The notes under the pieces: model-generated
Databases searched by the model: none
What the model was told of the DNA's origin: nothing
Seen by the model: the letters and a program-made list of their open reading frames with translations, nothing else
Shown: positions 1 to 7,495 of the stretch, one piece after another
Layout: the number at the start of each line of letters is the position of its first letter
How positions within the stretch are numbered: position 1 is the stretch's first letter
Position numbers and translations under genes: made by a program
IMG/VR virus record: IMGVR_UViG_3300032893_000052
Location: 1-57,798 of that record
Origin: a virus
Lineage: Duplodnaviria > Caudoviricetes
Reading direction: 5' to 3' (one strand)
Length of the DNA stretch: 57,798 nt

Positions 1-64
1 CTACAGCATCAACTATACGTGGATACCCGTCACGCGTAAGAATTCGTGTATCACCACTCACACA
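1..64 (-). mobile_element. Intein 2 in NrdJ (N-terminal part only, runs off the window)
   Basis: After ESFELC the frame continues CVSGDTRILTRDGYPRIVDAV, a typical intein block A that shares TRILTRDGY with intein 1. Confidence 0.85.
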
Positions 65-2371
65 ACATAGCTCAAACGACTCTAGACTCTGTTCTAAGCA
101 CTGTCCTGTGATTATGCCTTCAAAACAACCAGAGTGGTTCAGAGGTTCATCAAAGCAATACACAACATCCGCAACACCACACTTCTCAACACTCTCTACC
201 GTAACAAACCGGCGTGCGTCACGTTGAGGACATTTCGCCGGCAAATCCAAACGATGCGTACGCAAACCCAAAGACACCAATCTGTACGTGTCCTCGGCAT
301 TGACATTCAGTACCCAAGCCGTTTGACAAAAATAGTCCTGCATACCTCCATGACCATTCGGCATGCTACGCATACCTTCTTCTGCGCGTTTAGTAACTTT
401 AGCCTGTACGCCTAACGTAGTAAGCATTAAGCGCACATCCATAAGAAACGACAAATTCACACTACCCAACTGGATGCCGACGCTGTTTGGATTACGTACT
501 ACGCACCCATCCGCATCCAACAAACCAGCAAACCACTGAAGCTTAGACGTAACGTCCGCTTCATGTGGCACCGTAAACTTGTCAGGAATACTACAAGGAA
601 AGCCTTTCCAAACACGTCCATACTTGTCCGGTTCGCCGGAAGACTGTCCATCCAAATGAGGAAGCAAATCAATCTTCACACCGTACAACAGCGCGCCCTT
701 GTATCCACCAGCTGTAGTCTGTCCGTCACCACAAAAAAATCCATGCGTGTATGCATGTGGAAGTGGAATACCAGCCTCCACCACAGGCATGTCATACTTC
801 GACAATGCATCACCTGGTTTCAAATCTTGCGCGCGTACACGCACCTCGCCTGTGTTGCGCCGACCTGAAGCGATCAGCCATTCATGGTATTCAGTACACA
901 CAAGACTCGTATTGTCAGAGAGAACAACACGTACAAGCGGCTCATCCTTGCCTGTAACACGCGGACGAACTGTAGACCACTGATCTCCATTCCATACCAC
1001 AACATCCTGATCTACTAACGTATCAATAGCCTTGTAACCATCGCGTGTAAGAATACGTGTACCTGCTGGAACGCAAGGATTTCCCCCAGCAGCAGCATGG
1101 TCTTTGTGATCTGGTTGGTCTACCATACGCGAATACTCACGCGCATTGTCCAACCACATGTATCCAGGTTCACCGTTGGATGCTGTCCGTTCCGCAAATG
1201 ACGAGTAATCCATGCCGACCTTCGCAAAGATCGAGTTGTTGGATGCCCAACGGTGTGTGCGTAATGGATGCTCTTCAATACGCTGGTTCAGCGCGTGAAG
1301 CTCATCTGCCATTTGCTTCAAAGACTTACCACGATCACTGTCAACCACTGCAGTACCGTTGACAACCTCTTCACCGACCTGCATGTTCAGAATGGTTTGA
1401 CGTATCTGTGATTGACGAGCCTCCATAGCGTTAAGCTCAGTCGGATCTTTGAGCGCATTGAACTCAGTGTCATTCGGATCACCGAACCCAATCTCCGCAC
1501 TACGCCGAACGTTACCAGACACCACACACCGACCTTCTAGATTGAACAGATCAGCGATGGCAGTGGATGTAATCGGCTTACCGATCAATGGGCGCAGAAC
1601 TTTGTGGATCGACTCTACAAGCTCTTTGAGCGGACCAGGACCACTAGCAGTACCACCGAACGTACGTATAGGTGAACCAGCTGGACGTACTCTGCTGTAA
1701 TCTATCTGCTTAGGACACTTTGTGACACGTACATACGACTCCAGTACGTTGCGAACAAGGTCAACCCATCCCTCACGGCTGTCTTGTACTTCGAACACTT
1801 TGTCGCTGTATATCGGTTCTTGGATCGTGACCTTACCGGCGCCTTTAGTGTCCCAGCCAACGCCTACACCGAGCATTGACATGTCCATCAAAAAACAGAA
1901 TGGCGCAGAGAAACTGGCTTTTAGTTCAACCGTTGACACGAACGCACAATTATTGAGCGCTGCGCCGCCGATCTTGTCTACATAACCTGTTCCCATCATC
2001 CACAGCCCACGACCAGGAGGTGTGAACTTGAAATCCCATATACGCCTAAACATCTCCTGCGCGGACGCTTGCGCTTTGTCCGCATTCCACGGCAGTCGTA
2101 GAGTCTGACAGTGTGTCTGCTGTATGCGGTATGTGCCTTCTATTACACGCTGACAGGTCTGCCAAAACTCCTCATACGCTCCATTGTTTAGCCGTCTAGC
2201 GTATGTGCGCTTGTATGTGACGTAACCTAATGGTCCCCAGTTTGGTTGTCTGCCATGGTACTGTGCTAGAAACTTAGTGTCTAACGAGAATGGAGGATGT
2301 TGAGTCAGCCTCCCTGGCACAGACATAAGCAACCCATCACCAACAGGCAAACCTAGACCACGCAGATCCAT
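1..2371 (-). CDS. nrdJ: Class II (B12-dependent) ribonucleotide reductase, 3'-truncated, containing two inteins
   Basis: Translated by hand because the ORF track misses it (no stop codon in the window). ATG at 2371 follows GAAAGGGGA. Motifs: YKRTYAR, PPGRGLWMMG, ALNNCAF, MSMLGVGVG, DSREGW, FGGTASGPGPL, CVVSGNVRRSA, SNNS, NGEPG, and NP|C-LEQSLESFELC around the catalytic Cys. Confidence 0.95.
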   Translation of the reverse strand, partial: MDLRGLGLPVGDGLLMSVPGRLTQHPPFSLDTKFLAQYHGRQPNWGPLGYVTYKRTYARRLNNGAYEEFWQTCQRVIEGTYRIQQTHCQTLRLPWNADKAQASAQEMFRRIWDFKFTPPGRGLWMMGTGYVDKIGGAALNNCAFVSTVELKASFSAPFCFLMDMSMLGVGVGWDTKGAGKVTIQEPIYSDKVFEVQDSREGWVDLVRNVLESYVRVTKCPKQIDYSRVRPAGSPIRTFGGTASGPGPLKELVESIHKVLRPLIGKPITSTAIADLFNLEGRCVVSGNVRRSAEIGFGDPNDTEFNALKDPTELNAMEARQSQIRQTILNMQVGEEVVNGTAVVDSDRGKSLKQMADELHALNQRIEEHPLRTHRWASNNSIFAKVGMDYSSFAERTASNGEPGYMWLDNAREYSRMVDQPDHKDHAAAGGNPCVPAGTRILTRDGYKAIDTLVDQDVVVWNGDQWSTVRPRVTGKDEPLVRVVLSDNTSLVCTEYHEWLIASGRRNTGEVRVRAQDLKPGDALSKYDMPVVEAGIPLPHAYTHGFFCGDGQTTAGGYKGALLYGVKIDLLPHLDGQSSGEPDKYGRVWKGFPCSIPDKFTVPHEADVTSKLQWFAGLLDADGCVVRNPNSVGIQLGSVNLSFLMDVRLMLTTLGVQAKVTKRAEEGMRSMPNGHGGMQDYFCQTAWVLNVNAEDTYRLVSLGLRTHRLDLPAKCPQRDARRFVTVESVEKCGVADVVYCFDEPLNHSGCFEGIITGQCLEQSLESFELCCVSGDTRILTRDGYPRIVDAV
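101..1075 (-). mobile_element. Intein 1 in NrdJ (325 aa) with LAGLIDADG homing endonuclease
   Basis: Begins CVPAGTRILTRDGY after NP. Block B is LVCTEYHEW. LAGLIDADG helices are YTHGFFCGDG and WFAGLLDADG. Ends VYCFDEPLNHSGCFEGIITGQ, followed by Cys at +1. Confidence 0.95.
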
Positions 2372-2401
2372 AGCAAGTATCCCCTTTCGAAAACGAGACT
2401 G

Positions 2402-3700
2402 TTAGAGCCTGTTCTCTTTTCTCAGGCGCTGATACGTCTCGTTTTGTTTCAACCAGCTGCGATCGAAGTAGTGCTGTGCACTGCTTCCTTTAGCGAATGT
2501 GAGCAAAATCTGCTCTTCCGTAGCGTTGTGCACTTCCATCAATCGCTTTAACGTACGGTCTCCGTGTTGAAGAAGCACTGCCACTGGAATCTTAGGTGAC
2601 GTACGCGCGTGACCGTATATGTTACGCTGCGGATCCACTGTGCCTTTGGCAATCTCGCGTAGATATGCGCGTACACGCTCAGTAGCAGGCATCTTATGGT
2701 CAGCGTCATCTGACGACACAAGCTCCCACACGCGCGGCTCGCGATTGAACCATTTGTCAAACCAGTAGAACTGCGCTTTGACATACACATCATACGTTAC
2801 GCCTAGAGCTTCAGCGTTCGCTGCAGCTTTGAGCAAGCACGTGTACTCACGGTTACCAGGTCCAATCGCTGCTAGCTGCACAGGAGCGCCCCAATTACCG
2901 TGAATCTGACGTAGAGACGCAAACGTCTGCGCTACAGCAAATGCTCGCGCACGGTCTTCGCTATCTGTCACACGTGCATTGCGATTAGGCGCTTCGCGTG
3001 TAGCTCTAATCAAATCTGCAGCTGCCGCTTTGGCGTAAGAGTCGGCATTGAAATTGCTACGCGCGCGCGGATCTGGGATCTGAGATCTGATCTGATCTGG
3101 ATCCAGATCAGGAGATCTAGATACTGGGTATGAGTGGAATTCCAGACCCGCTTTTCCCTTCGGGAAATAGCTCTCTGGAATTCCACCGTCGCTGACGCGA
3201 CGAAGCAATCCCCCAGACCCGGACCCAGAGGCTGCAGTTAACGTAGCATTATCGTTGAGTTTTTCATGAACATTCTGCGTAGCATAATCGATGGAAACTG
3301 ATTCTGGCTTTCTAGAATCACGTAACGTAGCATTATCACGCGGCTTTTCTGTAGAATCATCAACCGGAGCGGCAGTCGTTACTGATTCTGGCTTTCTAGA
3401 ATCACCAGAGACGGACGACTCATTGACGCGTTGATTTTGTAGGCCCTGCGCAGCGTCAGAAGATTTTAGCTCTTGAATACGGGCTTTGCCTTGTCTGGTT
3501 AGCGTATACTCGGTGCCCCTCAATAGGAACCACATGCGCTGAACGCCACGGTCCACTACAGCAGCGACTAGTCTCGGGTGACACTGTATTAGCTGAGTGA
3601 CGTCACTGTGATTGAAAGGCCGTTGCCATTGTCTAATTCCAAAAACTCTAAGCAGTGATTCTAGGCGTGCTTCGATCGGATCTTGACACAGCTCTGCCAC
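2402..3700 (-). CDS. Putative replication initiator / origin-binding protein
   Basis: Long ORF between the helicase/J-protein genes and RNR. Possible N-terminal HTH (HSDVTQLIQCHPRLVAAVVDRG). The central low-complexity linker carries DNA repeats and a PDLDPDQIRSQIPDPRAR stretch, as in phage replisome organisers. The start was moved to GTG 3700 (preceded by CGGAGGGA). Function is inferred. Confidence 0.5.
   Translation of the reverse strand: MAELCQDPIEARLESLLRVFGIRQWQRPFNHSDVTQLIQCHPRLVAAVVDRGVQRMWFLLRGTEYTLTRQGKARIQELKSSDAAQGLQNQRVNESSVSGDSRKPESVTTAAPVDDSTEKPRDNATLRDSRKPESVSIDYATQNVHEKLNDNATLTAASGSGSGGLLRRVSDGGIPESYFPKGKAGLEFHSYPVSRSPDLDPDQIRSQIPDPRARSNFNADSYAKAAAADLIRATREAPNRNARVTDSEDRARAFAVAQTFASLRQIHGNWGAPVQLAAIGPGNREYTCLLKAAANAEALGVTYDVYVKAQFYWFDKWFNREPRVWELVSSDDADHKMPATERVRAYLREIAKGTVDPQRNIYGHARTSPKIPVAVLLQHGDRTLKRLMEVHNATEEQILLTFAKGSSAQHYFDRSWLKQNETYQRLRKENRL
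3061..3125. repeat. GATC-dense tract (8 GATC in about 48 bp) next to a GCGCGCGCG run
   Basis: GATC at 3070, 3077, 3084, 3089, 3094, 3100, 3106 and 3114. Confidence 0.9.
3239..3405. repeat. 84-bp-period direct repeats (candidate iterons)
   Basis: ACTGATTCTGGCTTTCTAGAATCAC occurs exactly at 3297 and 3381. TAACGTAGCATTATC occurs at 3239 and 3323, with a third CGTAGCATAATC at 3278. Confidence 0.85.
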
Positions 3701-3766
3701 TGATAATCCCTCCGAAGTCCTTGAAACCCTTAGGTTTCTGTCAAAGTACCAACAGTCGGAGCTGTC

Positions 3767-3796
3767 ACAATACCGGGCAATTTTTGTAGGTGTCAA
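3767..3796 (-). promoter_or_regulatory. Sigma70-like promoter
   Basis: TTGACA-N18-TATTGT upstream of the GTG at 3700. Confidence 0.55.
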
Positions 3797-3821
3797 CACA
3801 CTGTTGCATCTGTCGGAAACT

Positions 3822-4319
3822 TCACGATTTTTTCGTACCACCGTCGGAGCGTCGACTGAGAATCGCCTTGTATGCGGCACTGATCTCGCGGAAACGTTCC
3901 GGATTCCCACCAGCAATGTCAGGATGGTAGACCTTCGACAGTGCCCGGTAAGCGGCCTGCACTACAGTCAGTGGCGCGTCGTCAAGCAAAAACAGTTTCG
4001 CAAATGGGCTCTCGTCCAGTCCCTGCATGTCAGCTAACAGGTTCGCACCAGCTGCTAACAGCTGCCATTCCATCGGCAGCGCGCCGTAATTGACTTCATA
4101 TCCGTATGAGCGTGACAAATGAACCAACCACGACAACCACGACAAATGCACTGACCACACATGAGTCTTGGCGTTATACTCACGGTAGTTCGCTTTCACT
4201 CCATATCGAACTGCAGTGAGGAGTTTTCCGCCGAGACCGCCGATGTCCACCCAGGCTGGCGGGCGCGCAGTCAGCGTCAAAACCAGCGGCGCGGTGTGGG
4301 CATCACTGGCGGTGGACAT
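3822..4319 (-). CDS. J-domain (DnaJ-like) co-chaperone
   Basis: C-terminal VVQAAYRALSKVYHPDIAGGNPERFREISAAY contains the HPD motif. Confidence 0.9.
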   Translation of the reverse strand: MSTASDAHTAPLVLTLTARPPAWVDIGGLGGKLLTAVRYGVKANYREYNAKTHVWSVHLSWLSWLVHLSRSYGYEVNYGALPMEWQLLAAGANLLADMQGLDESPFAKLFLLDDAPLTVVQAAYRALSKVYHPDIAGGNPERFREISAAYKAILSRRSDGGTKKS

Positions 4320-4355
4320 TGACCACCTACCATCCTACTCTCAGCTTGAGAAGCT

Positions 4356-5822
4356 TCAAGAGGAGCTTGTGATCAAAAAGCAAGCCTCATCTTTGTAGGT
4401 TTTCAGGCGCTCAAGTGAGTGCCGCAACAGCCACTTGTGGCAGAAGTTGGCAAAATCGTAGACCAACAGACGTTTTTTCCCTGTGTTGGTTCTCAGTCCA
4501 CGCCCTACCCGCTGCAGGAGTCGGATCTTGGCTTTCCCACCTGCACAGAGAATGAGTACGTCGATATTCGGTATGTCGACACCCTCGTCTAGAATTGGCG
4601 TCGCGACCAAAATGTTCACTTGGCATTCGGTGAACTGTTGGAGCACTTTCAACCGCTTCTCGCCCTTCTCTGAGCCTGTGAGGTACGCCCAAGGTTTGTC
4701 TGAGTGTTTCTCGAGTAACAGGCTGAGTGCTTTGCCTTGCGCCTTCTTGTCGACAAGCATAACCACTTGTTCGCCATTGCGTGCGTGTTGAATGGCAAGC
4801 GTAGCCGCTTTGGTGTTTAGGTGATTGTTAGTCACAATACCGAGTGTCTCTACGTCTCTGTATGTGAGCGCGCCTTTGTGCGGAATGATGGGAGTGTGGA
4901 TCTTCACCATCTCCACAGACGGAGGGACGGAGATACCGCGCTCGACAAGCAGCTTGTTCGAGACGTCGTACAGAACCGGGCCAGTCTGTGCGAGGAGGCG
5001 TAGATCAGCACCGTCTGAACGGTCGAGTGGTGTACCGCTCAACCCAAACCGAAAGTACGCGTGCACATGCGACAAAACATCGTAATGCGTATCACCAGCT
5101 ACGTGGTGACACTCGTCACTGATCACTACCTGAATCGTGGAAAGCAGCTTCTTGACGTCCGGCAGGTCGAGACGGTTGGTGAGAGACGCAGGGGTTGCCA
5201 CAGTGATCCATTTCCCCAGGCGGTACTCCCCGTCGCCTACAAAGCCGATGTCCTCCTCGCGCATTCCCAAGCGCTTGGCGAAGCGAGAAACGGTCTGGTA
5301 GACCAGGACCACCCGGTCCACCAGAAACAGCGTAGGGAGCGCGATATGCTTCGTGACCGCACACGCCACCTCAGTCTTCCCGCCATTTGTTGCGATGCGC
5401 AGTATGCCTTTCTTCCCCTCTACCATCGCCTTCGCAGCAGCAAGCTGGTAGTCGAACACACCTTTGCCGAACTCGATTCCCAGTAACGAAAAACCCTTGT
5501 TACCTATCGGAGGACAATTGGCAGCTGAGTCGTCAACCAAACGCACACTGCCTTGCGGATCGTAGACCTTCAGCTCTTCTATCACCAAAGGCACCAAGCC
5601 AGCAGGCATAGAGTTTGAGACTTGATCAAACAGATGCTTCTTACCGTCCCACACACGGCGTTTGTACGCTTTGGAGTATATGAAACCGTCAACATAGTAG
5701 GACGTAGCCTTACGTACCACTGCCAACGGAAACCGACCATCAATGTAGGCTCTATGCCCCACGATTGAGATCGTGCAGTCAGTCTGTCCAGCAGTGATGT
5801 GTTGAGGCTGAATCAATCCCAT
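4356..5822 (-). CDS. Superfamily 2 DNA helicase (UvsW-like)
   Basis: Motifs: DYQ Q-motif, ATNGGKT, DECHH, GLSGTP, EGVDIP, QRVGRGLR. Confidence 0.92.
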   Translation of the reverse strand: MGLIQPQHITAGQTDCTISIVGHRAYIDGRFPLAVVRKATSYYVDGFIYSKAYKRRVWDGKKHLFDQVSNSMPAGLVPLVIEELKVYDPQGSVRLVDDSAANCPPIGNKGFSLLGIEFGKGVFDYQLAAAKAMVEGKKGILRIATNGGKTEVACAVTKHIALPTLFLVDRVVLVYQTVSRFAKRLGMREEDIGFVGDGEYRLGKWITVATPASLTNRLDLPDVKKLLSTIQVVISDECHHVAGDTHYDVLSHVHAYFRFGLSGTPLDRSDGADLRLLAQTGPVLYDVSNKLLVERGISVPPSVEMVKIHTPIIPHKGALTYRDVETLGIVTNNHLNTKAATLAIQHARNGEQVVMLVDKKAQGKALSLLLEKHSDKPWAYLTGSEKGEKRLKVLQQFTECQVNILVATPILDEGVDIPNIDVLILCAGGKAKIRLLQRVGRGLRTNTGKKRLLVYDFANFCHKWLLRHSLERLKTYKDEACFLITSSS

Positions 5823-6343
5823 ACGTCAAACTTCCCTCGACGCTCCACAAGTGTAGGTGGTGGCGTATGGTTTTTCTTTGTATTGTCAGCATTCAATGCT
5901 TCCAATGCTTCTTGCTCATTATTCAGTGCGTTCACTGCTTTCAGCGCTTCTTGCTCAATGAACTTCTCTTTCTCTAGCTTCTGAACTACGTCAGTACCTA
6001 CACCGCGTGAATTGTCAACTATGTAGCCTGTTCCTGTGAGCTTTTCCCTTACCAAGCGTGTGTACAATGCGGTTATCTTCGCAGCGTCTGTTGTCGGCTT
6101 GTCTTGTACTTTGTAGCCTTCTATCCACTCGTTCTTGTTCTTGTCGAACCAACGCCACCGACTATGTATCTGCATGTGATGGTGAGCCAACACTATTTCG
6201 ATCCAGTAGGACGGTGTGCGTGCCCACGTCTTCCGAAACGCCACACTAGCAAGCACTGGCGCGTTTGGATCCGGGGCGATGTCCTCACCGAGCGCTGTTC
6301 GCGCAACCTGAATCTGGTTCAGATCAACTTTTCCAAGTGACAC
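5813..6343 (-). CDS. WGR-domain-like protein
   Basis: YWIEIV...IHSRWRW...LYTRLVREKLTGTGY resembles the WGR pattern (W.I...RWGR...L..EK..KGY). Confidence 0.45.
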   Translation of the reverse strand: MSLGKVDLNQIQVARTALGEDIAPDPNAPVLASVAFRKTWARTPSYWIEIVLAHHHMQIHSRWRWFDKNKNEWIEGYKVQDKPTTDAAKITALYTRLVREKLTGTGYIVDNSRGVGTDVVQKLEKEKFIEQEALKAVNALNNEQEALEALNADNTKKNHTPPPTLVERRGKFDVWD

Positions 6344-6352
6344 AGTAGACTG

Positions 6353-6385
6353 AGACTACCCTCTTTCCACTTGACAGGTCAAGAA
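6353..6385 (-). promoter_or_regulatory. Sigma70-like promoter with palindromic -35 element
   Basis: TTGACC-N18-TAGTCT, whose -10 ends 9 nt before the GTG at 6343. The -35 lies within the palindrome CTTGAC-AG-GTCAAG. Confidence 0.6.
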
Positions 6386-6852
6386 GCGCGGAGGGTAACC
6401 AGCTGATTTGCCAGTGGGTTCGACTGCAGAAACACAGAATCAGGAATAGTCCAGGCATAGGCAGTGCCTACTGTCTTCATCTTCTCCCACACGGAACGGT
6501 TGAAAGTGATGAGGCGCGGCTCTGTCATATCTCGCCGAAAAACACCCGCTCTGTGTGAGTCAGGTTTGTCGTGATGTTTGAAGTAGAGCAGCAACACGAC
6601 CACATCAGGAAATGTGTCGAAAATGTACTTCGTACGCATCACCAATTTGTCCATGCACGATTGGTTACGCGGACACACATCGTGTGCTAGACAGAACAGC
6701 GGGTGCAGTTGAGGCGCATCCGATGTCAGCATAAGACACTCGGGGTACAGCTTGACGAGTTTGAGAAACAGGACAGCCTTGCCTGAACTGCCTGTCACCT
6801 TCAACGCCACAGCATCGTGAAACTCGTCTCTAAACCCGTCTGGCTGACTCAT
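6379..6852 (-). CDS. Hypothetical protein
   Basis: 157-aa ORF tightly packed in the operon; no recognised motif. Confidence 0.75.
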   Translation of the reverse strand: MSQPDGFRDEFHDAVALKVTGSSGKAVLFLKLVKLYPECLMLTSDAPQLHPLFCLAHDVCPRNQSCMDKLVMRTKYIFDTFPDVVVLLLYFKHHDKPDSHRAGVFRRDMTEPRLITFNRSVWEKMKTVGTAYAWTIPDSVFLQSNPLANQLVTLRAS

Positions 6853-6856
6853 ATTC

Positions 6857-7489
6857 TTAGCCCGTGAGTGGGAACGTAAAGCCTGACGTGAAGCCTTGGT
6901 TTGCTGCGGGTGAATCAGGCGGTGGCGGAGGAACTACGCTTCCTGTTCCACTGTCTACTGGCGCGACGAACAACGCTTTGTCTACCGACAGAATGTGTCC
7001 ACCAATCAGATGATCCGAACGTCCTAAAGCGTTGAGAATCTCTCTCATATAGGCGCCTGGACGATAGTCGTAGATTGGTGACCCCACGGACGTACGAATA
7101 TCAATCTTCGTACGATGTCCTCTGAAGTAGGCAAGGTCAGTTCCTATTGTCACATTGTCAGCTGTGACTAGCGTACCTACGATTGACACAGCATAGGCTG
7201 CTCCGTGCGACGGCTGCGTAATGTTCAAGTAGATCTTTGCAGTGGTAACTGAAGTGCCTGGACGTACTGCAGTTACTGTGACAGCTACTCCATTCACCAC
7301 ACCGTCTTCTATTGTGCGGTACACTTTGTAAGAAGCCACAGAGGACGCTGCTGCATCCACCTTGATGGGATTCGAGAAGATCAGCTCAAGCGTGTCTTTG
7401 GCCCACAAGTTGACCTTGATCAGCTTGGCAGAGGCTGTACTCGGATCGCCTCCAAGCGGAAAGACAAGCTCATGTACTAGATGGGCCAT
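6857..7489 (-). CDS. Putative tail/baseplate structural protein with Ig-like fold
   Basis: Beta-rich N-terminal half (TLELIFSNPI...Y.V.I.GTL), located directly after the fibre genes. Confidence 0.5.
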   Translation of the reverse strand: MAHLVHELVFPLGGDPSTASAKLIKVNLWAKDTLELIFSNPIKVDAAASSVASYKVYRTIEDGVVNGVAVTVTAVRPGTSVTTAKIYLNITQPSHGAAYAVSIVGTLVTADNVTIGTDLAYFRGHRTKIDIRTSVGSPIYDYRPGAYMREILNALGRSDHLIGGHILSVDKALFVAPVDSGTGSVVPPPPPDSPAANQGFTSGFTFPLTG

Positions 7490-7495
7490 GTTCTA

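Noticed and set aside
3239-3405. Repeats as a mini CRISPR array
   Set aside because: Only two copies of the 25-mer, in frame within a CDS, with related intervening sequence and no cas genes.
3701-3916. N-terminal extension of ORF 2402..3916
   Set aside because: It overlaps the J-domain gene and contains a promoter-like sequence; a better RBS precedes the GTG at 3700.
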